Position numbers and translations under genes: made by a program
In this document: one piece after another, positions 1 to 8,989 of the stretch
Numbering within the stretch: position 1 is the stretch's first letter
Layout of the letters: each line of letters opens with the position of its first letter
Assembly (NCBI GenBank): GCA_050014195.1
Contig: JBEKDT010000001.1
Location: 352,001 to 416,000, forward strand
Reading direction: 5' to 3'
Origin: Desulfomonilia bacterium
GTDB taxonomy: Bacteria; Desulfobacterota; Desulfomonilia; UBA1062
Length of the DNA stretch: 64,000 nt
Notes under the pieces: generated by a model
Databases searched by the model: none
What the model was told of the DNA's origin: nothing
The model's input: the letters and a program-made list of their open reading frames with translations, nothing else

Positions 1-2140
1 AGAGCACCACATGCGGGCCGGGCTCAAGGCTTGGGTACCTGGCTGTGAAATCAGCCTCAAGGACTGTCTCGCACAGACACACACCCAGGATGCCACCGGT
101 TTCTTCCATGGAGTGGAATGCATTTGTGCAAAGATTCATGACAATCTGGTGGATCTCTGTCGCATCGCAGTAGACCACGCCTGAGACCTTGTCGATGAAG
201 CTGTTTATCTCTATGGTTGTGGGTATGGTCGCCCGGAGGAGCTTGAGGGCCTCTTCCACAACCGGATACACACAAATCGGTTCCCTATGGGCCTTATATG
301 AACGGCTGAAGGAGAGGATCTGCTGTACAAGATCCCGTGCACGCATACCGGCGCCGGTGATCTGCTCGCAATATGCTGTCGAACGGCTCCCTTCCGGCAA
401 ATCATGCCTGAGCAGTTCGCTAAAGCCCAGGATGCCCGAGAGGATGTTGTTGAAGTCATGGGCGATACCGCTGGCAAGTGCCCCGATGGTTTCCATCTTC
501 TGGGCCTGTATAAAGCGCATCTCCTGCCTGACCCGCTCTTGCTCGGCCTCCTTGCGCTCGGTGATGTCCCGGACAATGCCCTGGAAGCCCACAGGCTCTC
601 CCCGTGCATTCCTGATGAGCATAATAGATGCCTCGACAAACATCGGGCTCCCGTTCTTCCGTATCTGCTCCCACTCAAAGGCCTTGATGGACTTACCCGT
701 CTGGAAGACCTGGTGAAACCGCTCAAAGACCTTCCGGGCATTCTCCTCATCCATGTAGTCCAGGTAATTCATACCGGAGAGCTCATCCTCGGTATAGCCG
801 AGGTTGTCGCATATGACATGGTTGAAGAAGGTGAAACTGCCGGATAAGTCCACCTCGAAGTACCCTTCCTGCATGTTCTCAACAATATTCCTATACTTAT
901 CCGTACTCTCCTTGAGGGCTTTCTGGGCCTTGATCTGCTCCGTGATGTCCCTGGCCGATCCCTGGATATAACTTGGGGTCCCATCCGGATGGCGTATGAG
1001 GACATTCCTGTATTCGACAACCCTGTCGTCGCCTTCTTTTGTCCTTACGCGCAGCAGCCCATCGTCACGGCCGTTTTCTATGATCCTGTGCAGGTATTCA
1101 TCAAATCCGTCGCGGTACTTCTCCGGGATGAGATCCCGTATGTTCATGCCCTTAAGGGCATCCGCCGTGTATCCGATACGCCTGACCGATGCCATGTTGG
1201 TCTCAATGATGGTGCCGTCCAACTCATGGATAATAAGGGAGTCACTGACGTTCTCGAATACCGTGCGGTACCTGTTCTCGCTCTCGCGCAGGGCCTCTTC
1301 CGCCAGCTTTTGGTCTGTGATATCACGGGCCACCCCTTGGATCGCATAGGGCTTGCCGTCACAGAAGATGAGGGCGCCGTTCGATTCAATGGTAATCCTC
1401 GTAGAGTCTTTCCTGGTGATGGTGAACTCACTCACCCCGTTCTGAGTTCCGTTCTTCAGGATCTCATCACGGATCTTTGCTGCAAGGGGGTATTGATCCT
1501 CCGTGATGAGTGACATGAAATTACATTGCGTGAGTTCCTGCAAGGTGTACCCGAGGGTATCGAGAGTCGCCTTGTTTGCATCGAGGTAATTCCCATCAAA
1601 GTCATGTACGTAGACAAAGAAAAGGGAACGGTCGAACAGGGCACGATATCGGCCCTCAACATCCTTGAGCTCATTCTGGATATTCTTGTAGGCGGTTATA
1701 TCCTTTAAAGACTCAATGGCGCCTATAATGTTTCCGCTAAAATCATACAATGGCTGGGCCTTGACCCACAGCACGGATTGCCCATGAGACTTCAGCAAAA
1801 CCTCTAGTTCTGCAAAAAACGCATCCCTATCAGAGGCGACGGAGGTATACAGATTGAGTATTTCATCATCCCTGCTTACGACATAGTCGATGAGGACAGG
1901 GCGTCTGTCTCCAAAGAAAGGCACTGCATATTCATATCCGGCCTTGCCGAGGATCTCGGATGTACATACGCCGGTGAGGTCTTCCATGGCCCTGTTCCAC
2001 GCAATCACCCTGCCCTCGGTGTCGATGGCATAGGTGGCATCGGGCTGACAATCAACGAGCTGAATGAGGAGCCTTTCCAAGCCGCTCAAGGTAAATCCGT
2101 CAGACAATTCAGGAAAATCTCCACCCCGGCGGAAACCCAT
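1..2140 (-). CDS. Multi-PAS sensor histidine kinase (3' end beyond window)
   Basis: Manual minus-strand translation from ATG 2140: PDATYAIDTEGRVIAWNRAMEDLTG (PAS), further PAS repeats, H-box QAQKMETIGALASGIAHDFNNILSG in the same frame, and HATPase start QIVMNLCTNA. It runs off the left edge, so it is absent from the ORF track. The start could lie somewhat further upstream. Confidence 0.9.
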   Translation of the reverse strand, partial: MGFRRGGDFPELSDGFTLSGLERLLIQLVDCQPDATYAIDTEGRVIAWNRAMEDLTGVCTSEILGKAGYEYAVPFFGDRRPVLIDYVVSRDDEILNLYTSVASDRDAFFAELEVLLKSHGQSVLWVKAQPLYDFSGNIIGAIESLKDITAYKNIQNELKDVEGRYRALFDRSLFFVYVHDFDGNYLDANKATLDTLGYTLQELTQCNFMSLITEDQYPLAAKIRDEILKNGTQNGVSEFTITRKDSTRITIESNGALIFCDGKPYAIQGVARDITDQKLAEEALRESENRYRTVFENVSDSLIIHELDGTIIETNMASVRRIGYTADALKGMNIRDLIPEKYRDGFDEYLHRIIENGRDDGLLRVRTKEGDDRVVEYRNVLIRHPDGTPSYIQGSARDITEQIKAQKALKESTDKYRNIVENMQEGYFEVDLSGSFTFFNHVICDNLGYTEDELSGMNYLDYMDEENARKVFERFHQVFQTGKSIKAFEWEQIRKNGSPMFVEASIMLIRNARGEPVGFQGIVRDITERKEAEQERVRQEMRFIQAQKMETIGALASGIAHDFNNILSGILGFSELLRHDLPEGSRSTAYCEQITGAGMRARDLVQQILSFSRSYKAHREPICVYPVVEEALKLLRATIPTTIEINSFIDKVSGVVYCDATEIHQIVMNLCTNAFHSMEETGGILGVCLCETVLEADFTARYPSLEPGPHVVL

Positions 2141-2412
2141 GAGCTGCCTGATATCCTCTATCGAACTTGTATCTGATCGGTATGTGCTCACAACATTTCT
2201 TCTCGGAATATGCAGATAAAAAATCAAATCCCCCTGAAGGGTTCCGGCTGATAATTCATCCCTATAATTTTCTTGCTTGATAAAAAGTGATCATGCTAAC
2301 CCAAAAGTCGATGAGAATAAGTTTGAGTCAGAACCCTGCATCAGGTCACTCCATAACCGGGACCAAGACCTCCTCCTCTAAACCGCCTCATAGCACAAAG
2401 GGTAAGGCGGCC

Positions 2413-3363
2413 ATGTCCATATGCCTCTCCGTGCTTGCCCTTGTTTCCATTATTTTCACGGTGGTCTCTTTATGCCCGGATGTATATGCGCTTAATCTTT
2501 CAGGGATGGTTTCGCTTGAGGCCGTCGATATGACCGGGCAAAACTCCTATGTGCAGAGGTTTGATGGCGGTCAAAGCACGTTGAAGTGGCCCATAGATGT
2601 AAAGGCCCTCGGTGTCAGGCTCGGCCTGGCCCAGGATAACCTCTGCGAGGCTGAGTTGGGCATTATCGCCGGGCCCTGGGAATCAACTTCAACGCCCATG
2701 AAGGACTACGATTATATCAACGAATCACTCTATGCCAAGCCTCCCCATAACGGGGTCGATATCTATTCAGAAAGCAAGCTGGATTCCAAAGTGCTCGTCC
2801 TTGATATGAATACAAGAGTCTTCCCTTTGCGCAATAGATTCTTTTCCGCAGGGCTTACGGCAGGTTATCGATATGAAAAATATGATTATAAGGCCTATGA
2901 CGTCCATCAAATAGGGTATGGCCCCTGGCAGAACCAGACAAGCACCACAACCGGACTGGTTTCTCTGTACTCCGTGGATTACGACATATTCTCTGTGGGC
3001 CTTGCTATAAGGACTGCTGTCAAAGACACATTTATCCTCACCGCTGAAGCATGCAGCCTCCCTCTTGTCTACGCCAATGACGAGGACAATCACCTCAAAC
3101 GCAACAGGATATCCACATCATCAACATCGGGTTCGGGCTATCAGGCCTCATTATCAGGCCTCTACAAGATCTATCAAAACTGGTTCATCTCCTCGGGATG
3201 CACCTACAGTACGATCACCACTGATGGCCACCAAAATCAATACTGGTATGGGGACGATCCTGCAACACCCAACAACGATACCGGGACCAGTCGCAATGGC
3301 TTACCCCTTAAGATCGAACAGAGAAATCTCCGCATCAGCCTTGGCGCTTCCAGACGATTCTAG
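2413..3363 (+). CDS. Omptin-family outer-membrane protease
   Basis: Signal-peptide-like N-terminus from ATG 2413, beta-barrel-type alternating residues, omptin-like motifs MKDYDY and DEDNH, C-terminal Phe. Confidence 0.75.
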   Translation: MSICLSVLALVSIIFTVVSLCPDVYALNLSGMVSLEAVDMTGQNSYVQRFDGGQSTLKWPIDVKALGVRLGLAQDNLCEAELGIIAGPWESTSTPMKDYDYINESLYAKPPHNGVDIYSESKLDSKVLVLDMNTRVFPLRNRFFSAGLTAGYRYEKYDYKAYDVHQIGYGPWQNQTSTTTGLVSLYSVDYDIFSVGLAIRTAVKDTFILTAEACSLPLVYANDEDNHLKRNRISTSSTSGSGYQASLSGLYKIYQNWFISSGCTYSTITTDGHQNQYWYGDDPATPNNDTGTSRNGLPLKIEQRNLRISLGASRRF

Positions 3364-3417
3364 GCAAATAAATGCACCAACCTTGAGGCAGACTCCATAT
3401 CTGTCGATAGATCCTTC

Positions 3418-4758
3418 ATGGCATCGATTCGGAGGCTCATTCGGAAAAACACAGACAGGGCACGTCATTGGCTGCCTTATGTTCAGGACAGGACAAGAGA
3501 GCTCATCATGCTCGTTCCCAGCCTGTTCTGCCTTGGAGAGGATATGACGGGTATCTTCGCACATCCCACGTGCACGCTAGAGCAATATTCCCTCCTTAAA
3601 AAACATCTGGATGGAAAATTTGATGTAGCGGTTGCAAGGCTGCCGGATTATATCCTCATCGAGAGCCTGATCATGGTCCCTCGGCCGAGCATAGTGAGCA
3701 CGGACTTCTTAAACCTCCTCTTAATCATCATCCCGACCGATGGTGCGCCAATTGAGAAGATCGAGCAGAAATGCTCTGAGATTGAGCTGTTCTTCCGTGC
3801 AAGAGGCATTGGAATGGCCACTCATATCCTCCATGGCAAGCTGCCCCCGCTCACCCTGTATGAAGTCATGCGCCTCGGCATAGTGCTTGCCGGCAGGCAC
3901 CCTATCTTCCGGAGAAACGACGAGACGGAGATGAGTTTTTTTGCAGGGGAGATCGCGGACATCATCAGCGATACCCAAACCATATATTCATCCGAATGGA
4001 ACCCTTTCCAGCATATCCTGGAGTGCGAAACGGAAACAACCATAAGAAAGCACACGTATCATCCCCATATGAACTTACATTCGATGAACCCGTTCATAGC
4101 GCCCTATATGCCGATGCTCATCAGATACGAAGAGGAACTGAATGCAGACATGCTCCTCACCTTAAGACTCTGCATCAGCGCCCTCTTTTTCCATTTCGGC
4201 CCGACCAGGGAAACCTTGGCGGAGATGATGAGGGCATGGCGGCTGAGTGCCACGCAGATCCCTGATGTATCCAATCTAAGCCTTGACGAGGCCATGCGCC
4301 TCAGGAATATTTTTGTCCCCCTTGACGAGCATGAACTTCCCGTCTTCTCCTGGCCCCCTAACCCTTTTTGGCAACTGAAAAATGCAACGCTTGTATGGGA
4401 CGGACCCGGCTGGAGGCTTGGCGAATCAGAGTCATTCCTTCATAAGCATGCCTGGGTGGTCCTTGCCTGGGCGGCCATATCGGGTCTCATCGGGAGCAGC
4501 ACCCTGCTCAAGACCCCGGATGGCCTCTTGCTTAAGACCAATGCCGTGGAGACCCTTGCAAGCCTCAAAGATGCAATCTCCAAGGGAGCCGACATCATCA
4601 CGTCCAGTGATCCCCGCCAGGGATCCATACGCATCAACAGGGGCAGATTCTTCTTCTCTGATTCACCTTATGCAATCTTGGAACGCGGCAGAAAGATCAG
4701 TCTTGTGCTCTTTAAGGAAATAAAGAAAAAGGCCCTGCTCGACGATAGTGGTTTGTAG
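3418..4758 (+). CDS. Divergent, probably inactive class I adenylate cyclase homolog
   Basis: Colinear blocks recall CyaA class I: LVPSLF, KIEQKCSEIE, LYEVMRLGIVLAGRHPIF, MNPF...LRLC, LAWAAISGLI. The catalytic GS/DxD motif is not retained. Confidence 0.6.
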   Translation: MASIRRLIRKNTDRARHWLPYVQDRTRELIMLVPSLFCLGEDMTGIFAHPTCTLEQYSLLKKHLDGKFDVAVARLPDYILIESLIMVPRPSIVSTDFLNLLLIIIPTDGAPIEKIEQKCSEIELFFRARGIGMATHILHGKLPPLTLYEVMRLGIVLAGRHPIFRRNDETEMSFFAGEIADIISDTQTIYSSEWNPFQHILECETETTIRKHTYHPHMNLHSMNPFIAPYMPMLIRYEEELNADMLLTLRLCISALFFHFGPTRETLAEMMRAWRLSATQIPDVSNLSLDEAMRLRNIFVPLDEHELPVFSWPPNPFWQLKNATLVWDGPGWRLGESESFLHKHAWVVLAWAAISGLIGSSTLLKTPDGLLLKTNAVETLASLKDAISKGADIITSSDPRQGSIRINRGRFFFSDSPYAILERGRKISLVLFKEIKKKALLDDSGL

Positions 4759-4772
4759 GGAAAGGATATTAC

Positions 4773-5798
4773 ATGCCCATTAGCCCAGGAATAAGAATCC
4801 TCATGATCGGACCCAATGCCTTTTACCACAAGAACGTAGCGGCCATGCTCGGCAAGATCGGGTTCAACAACGTGGAGCATGCCGACGACGGACCCACCGG
4901 ATGGGAGATCATGAAGAGGATAAACCCCGGTATCGTCGTCGCCCAGTGGGAAATGCCCGAGATGAATGGTATGGCCCTGCTCAAACTTATCCGTTCGGAT
5001 ATGCAGTACTCGGATACACCCGTTATCCTCTGGACCACTGAGATCAATAAGAGCGACGTCATCAAGGCCGGAGAAACAGGGGTGAATGCCATCCTTGTGG
5101 AGCCCTTAAGCCTGGAGATCCTGGATAAAAAGATAAGCCTTATCCTGGAATTCGAAATGAGCCCGTCTGCAAAGAAGGCAAAGGCATATTTGGATAAGGG
5201 CGATTCATACATGAAGGCAGGTCTTTTTGATCTTGCCCTGAAGGAATATGAGCATGTCCTGAGTATCCTGGAATCAGCCGAAGTTTACTACAACATCGGA
5301 TACATCCATACGGCTAGAGGTGAATACGATGAGGCGCTGGCCGCCTTCAGGAAGGCCACCCAGATCAACCAGTTGTTTGCAAAGGCCTACCAGGCCATGG
5401 CTGAAGTATACATCAAGATGAACAATAATGAGATGGCCGAGAAATATCTCAACATGGCAGGCGAGATCTTCTTAGAGCGGGACATGCATGAAAAGGCCGA
5501 GAGTATCTTCAATGAGATTATCTCACTGAACCCGAATACGACAAATGTCTACAACAGCCTAGGCATTATCTATAGGAGGCAGAACCGGCACGCAGATGCC
5601 GTGAAGGTCTACCAGAAGGCAATCAAGATCGACCCTGCCGACGAAAACATCCACTTCAATATGGGCAGGGCCTATCTTGAGATGGAAGAAACCCACCTGG
5701 CAAAGGAATGCTTTATAAAAGCGCTTAAGATCAACCCGAATTTTGAAACAGCCTCCAACATGGTCAAGGCGCTTGAGTCCATGGAAAAGACCCCCTGA
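4773..5798 (+). CDS. Atypical receiver domain plus TPR repeat protein
   Basis: N-terminal REC fold (VAQWEMPEMNG, where DW.MP is canonical) followed by several TPR repeats (AEVYYNIG, VYNSLG, IHFNMG). Confidence 0.85.
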   Translation: MPISPGIRILMIGPNAFYHKNVAAMLGKIGFNNVEHADDGPTGWEIMKRINPGIVVAQWEMPEMNGMALLKLIRSDMQYSDTPVILWTTEINKSDVIKAGETGVNAILVEPLSLEILDKKISLILEFEMSPSAKKAKAYLDKGDSYMKAGLFDLALKEYEHVLSILESAEVYYNIGYIHTARGEYDEALAAFRKATQINQLFAKAYQAMAEVYIKMNNNEMAEKYLNMAGEIFLERDMHEKAESIFNEIISLNPNTTNVYNSLGIIYRRQNRHADAVKVYQKAIKIDPADENIHFNMGRAYLEMEETHLAKECFIKALKINPNFETASNMVKALESMEKTP

Positions 5799-5808
5799 GT
5801 CCAAGCCC

Positions 5809-7029
5809 CTAATAGTATTTCTTCAACTCGAACACCTTTCGGTCTTGTGTCGCCACGATGTGGTAGAACTTATCCTGGGGTATGTAGATGTAAGGCACAT
5901 CCTCTTCCCGCCGGTAGAGAAAGTGCGAGAGGATCATGCGGTTAACGGCCCTATGCCCGATGATCATAATGTTGTCGGGTCTCTGGTTTAAATAAAAGGC
6001 CTTTTTAATGCCGATCTTGATCCGCTCCTTCATGCTCACATAACCTTCGCCGCCGGGGTAGATATAGTTGTACTTATCCGCCTTCCGGGCGGAATAAATG
6101 TCCGGTTTGAAGCGCTGGATCTCGTCATAGGTCATGCCCTCGCAGATGCCTGCATGGATCTCGTTGAATTCCTTTAAGGGTACGATGGTACAATCATCCT
6201 GGAGGGCCTTAATGGCCCTGGCAGTCTGGATGGTCCTCTTCCTTTCGCTCGTAAAGATATATGATATTTTTTTATTTTTAAAAAACCGGCCAAGGGCGCC
6301 GGCCTGATCCTTGCCCTTGGGCGTGAGGTCCGGGTCCCCGCCGATGCGGTCCTCCACGTTAAAGAAGGTCTCGGTGTGGCGGATGAGGAAAAGGCCCTTC
6401 ACCACGTCGGTCACCAGGCAGTCTCTGATGCGGGAATAGAGCGGGAGCTGATCCTCGATCTGCTCGATGAGGACTCTATTATGCAGGGAATCCATGGTGA
6501 TGAAGTTTCGCTCCACATGCAGCGGGCTGTATATTATTCGATAGTATTCGATCCTCTTCTTGAACTCTTTGACAGCCAGCTTATCACTCAGGGATGAGAA
6601 CTCGGGGGCACGCACTTTGTGTTGGATGCTTACATCCACGATATCCTCGTCGTTGTTGATACATTCGATATACAGTATGGGATGGTCTTTCAAATGCTCC
6701 TCGATAAGCTCGCGCCTGTTGCGGCTTACGTTCGTGGCGTCCAGGATGGCCACTTGGCCCTTGTTCTTCAGGTACAGATTTGCTCGGTTGATGTTCATAA
6801 GGGCGAACTTCTTCCTGAGCTCAGCAGCGGCCTTGTTTTCAGGATTATAGAATTCCGCCCTCCATGTTTCCTTGGGTGCATATTTTCTTCTCAGCTCGCC
6901 GTTGTTGTAGATCATGGTATGGATGGAGTTCTTCTGAAAGATGTCCTGTAGACGGTATGCAATCGTGGACTTACCCTGAGAAGGCAGGCCCACCATTATG
7001 ATAAAGAGCTTCTCATCCTTGATGGTCAT
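5809..7029 (-). CDS. Bifunctional 6-phosphofructo-2-kinase/fructose-2,6-bisphosphatase-like protein
   Basis: Kinase domain: MVGLPSQGKS P-loop and DATN. Histidine phosphatase domain: RHTET..N...RIGGD, NEIHAGICEG, RKADKY, GHRAVNR. Confidence 0.88.
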   Translation of the reverse strand: MTIKDEKLFIIMVGLPSQGKSTIAYRLQDIFQKNSIHTMIYNNGELRRKYAPKETWRAEFYNPENKAAAELRKKFALMNINRANLYLKNKGQVAILDATNVSRNRRELIEEHLKDHPILYIECINNDEDIVDVSIQHKVRAPEFSSLSDKLAVKEFKKRIEYYRIIYSPLHVERNFITMDSLHNRVLIEQIEDQLPLYSRIRDCLVTDVVKGLFLIRHTETFFNVEDRIGGDPDLTPKGKDQAGALGRFFKNKKISYIFTSERKRTIQTARAIKALQDDCTIVPLKEFNEIHAGICEGMTYDEIQRFKPDIYSARKADKYNYIYPGGEGYVSMKERIKIGIKKAFYLNQRPDNIMIIGHRAVNRMILSHFLYRREEDVPYIYIPQDKFYHIVATQDRKVFELKKYY

Positions 7030-7200
7030 TGAAACTGAATAACATTCGCCTTCTGGCAACACAAGGCCTTTTGCTCATACGAATGCCTTTTGATCCGGCA
7101 TTATCAATCACTTTTTCCTCTAATGATTTCCCGACCCGATCGTGCCTTAAACCAGCACCAGGGCGCGCTCCACATCGACTTAAGACTTGAGAAAAACACC

Positions 7201-7229
7201 TTGACAAGCCCCTGCTCAGCCGTTAGAAG
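7201..7229 (+). promoter_or_regulatory. Putative sigma70 promoter of the tRNA pair
   Basis: TTGACA-17 nt-TAGAAG, just upstream of tRNA-Gln. Confidence 0.55.
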
Positions 7230-7241
7230 AGCTAAGTACGC

Positions 7242-7315
7242 TGGGGGATGGTCTAATGGCAAGACAGCGGACTCTGACTCCGCTTATCTAGGTTCGAATC
7301 CTAGTCCCCCAGCCA
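7242..7315 (+). tRNA. tRNA-Gln(CTG)
   Basis: Acceptor TGGGGGA/TCCCCCA, anticodon arm GCGGA-CT-CTG-AC-TCCGC, GGTTCGAATCC T-arm, encoded CCA. Confidence 0.96.
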
Positions 7316-7324
7316 AAATGTTTT

Positions 7325-7400
7325 GGTCCCATCGTCTAGTGGCCTAGGACAACGGCCTCTCACGCCGTAAACAGGGGTTCGATTCCCCTTGGGACTACCA
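7325..7400 (+). tRNA. tRNA-Glu(CTC)
   Basis: Acceptor GGTCCCA/TGGGACT, anticodon arm ACGGC-CT-CTC-AC-GCCGT, GGTTCGATTCC, encoded CCA. Confidence 0.96.
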
Positions 7401-7409
7401 GGCAAATCC

Positions 7410-7447
7410 AAAGGGTTGCGTAATTAAGCGTGACCCTTTTTGTTTTT
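7410..7447 (+). terminator. Putative intrinsic terminator after the tRNAs
   Basis: AAAGGGTTGCG...CGTGACCCTTT hairpin followed by a T-rich tract. Confidence 0.65.
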
Positions 7448-7471
7448 ATAGCGTTTATTCCCGCCACTATT

Positions 7472-7615
7472 CCCTCCAGACACAGCGATCACGATGTTAT
7501 TGGGCAACGGGTCAATGGATTTGTCCACGATCAATATATCACCAGAATGTATCCCGGCATCGATCATAGATGTTCCCTCCACCCTGACGAAGAAGGTGAC
7601 TGTTTGGTTCTTCTG
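7472..7615 (-). pseudogene. umuD: UmuD/LexA S24 peptidase fragment
   Basis: Manual translation: QKNQTVTFFVRVEGTSMIDAGIHSGDILIVDKSIDPLPNNIVIAV. The N-terminus and the catalytic-Lys segment are missing. Confidence 0.8.
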
Positions 7616-7660
7616 GTACCTGTGGGTAATGGATTTGATTATTTCTTTATGGTTTCACCC

Positions 7661-7888
7661 TTAATCAATTGGGATGTTCAAAGCCAAGTGTCGTGGAAAA
7701 TGTGGATGTCCACCATGCCTGTCTAGGGCAACAAGCAGATAGACCACTGTTACAACTGTGAGGGCTACGATGAGTGCAATATCTACTCCTTGTTCATTCC
7801 TATGATCATCTTCATTACCGTAGGCATACGCTGTTGAAAAGCCGAGAAAAGACAATATCACCAGTATAGATAGCATTTTCTTGATCAT
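7661..7888 (-). CDS. Small exported/membrane protein of unknown function
   Basis: AGGAGG RBS, signal-peptide-like start, second hydrophobic segment. Confidence 0.6.
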   Translation of the reverse strand: MIKKMLSILVILSFLGFSTAYAYGNEDDHRNEQGVDIALIVALTVVTVVYLLVALDRHGGHPHFPRHLALNIPID

Positions 7889-7944
7889 GATATCCTCCTT
7901 ATCTCTTTTGCTGAGATCCAGACTGTCTTATTTCCTCAAATTTT

Positions 7945-7959
7945 GCATAAGATATGCCA
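7945..7959 (-). promoter_or_regulatory. Possible sigma54 promoter of the small membrane protein gene
   Basis: Minus strand reads TGGCAT-ATCTT-ATGC (GG-N10-GC). Confidence 0.4.
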
Positions 7960-7985
7960 GATATATAGCCTGTAATATCATATAG

Positions 7986-8192
7986 ATGATAGATGTAGTT
8001 GTTGTATTTCAGCCACAGATGATCATAGACCAGAGTACCTTGATCACAGGATCATTCAACTTCACCAAAGCTGCTGAGGATAATAATGCTGAAAATCTGC
8101 TTATCATAAAGGGCAACAAGTCTTTGGTGGACAGATATATTCAGAATTTCAATGAGCATAGAGAGCATTCTGAAAGATATTCCTGGAGATAA
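7986..8192 (+). pseudogene. Phospholipase D-family (Nuc-like) nuclease, C-terminal fragment
   Basis: MIID...ITGSFNFTKAAEDNNAENLLII is the second half of the HxK-x4-D...GSxN motif. The HxK and the N-terminus are absent. Confidence 0.8.
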
Positions 8193-8232
8193 ATTTGCTA
8201 TACAGAACAATTAAGTTAGCTCTTATAAGTGA

Positions 8233-8850
8233 TCAAATAATCACTCCCATTAAACACAGAGAGCCAATCCACACCCTCTCGATGTTTATGACATTGAACA
8301 TCGTATTTCCGTACTCCAGCGGTATTGCCCATTCCACAGCCTCTTTTTCCACCAGATTCAATTGGAAATGACGGTTGAAACTCTCAATGGTTGATTCTAG
8401 ATTTTCTACCATGCTCTCAAGGGAAAGCCTGAGCTGATTCCTCTGCTTATCAAGCTCATGTCCAACATTACTCAACACCCGGGGAAAGTCTGTGAGGATC
8501 TTCGCTGAGACATGCCTATATGATGCGGTCACCTCAGTCTTTGAGATCATGCCATTGGTACAGACGAGCCGTAGAAAGAACGATGATATGGATAACGACG
8601 CTATACCCACTTCACTGTTTGATACAGATATACCCGGAGTCATCCTGTCTCAATTGACCGTGTACATCTTATCTTATCCCCATCCGGAATATTCACAGCG
8701 AGGGAATTATCATCCAACGAAGACTGTACCGGCGTATCGACGAATATCCCAGCTTCATGAGGTGTTCCAAGACCTCAACATTGTCCGTTGGGATACCGTG
8801 GTGTGAATATTGCCCTCACCTCGTTCCGGTCGAACCTGAAGAATAGCTCA
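8233..8850 (-). pseudogene. DUF932-family protein, frameshifted remnant
   Basis: GISVSNSEVGIASLSI..FFLRLVCTNGMI. Upstream pieces lie in other frames ([19 protein letters not shown]; DNVEVLEHL). Confidence 0.7.
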
Positions 8851-8989
8851 TGGTAATCCTCACCACACCCAGGGCAATCATGTCATTAAAATTAGTCAAA
8901 TGTGTATGTCGGCGATTCAAAAGAAGGGAATACTATGGTATATCCAAAAAAACATAGAGTGCATAAAACCAGAATCGAGGAACAAAGCA

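Noticed and set aside
57-1708. Many short ORFs in the first 2 kb
   Set aside because: All are alternative frames of one minus-strand kinase gene that runs off the window.
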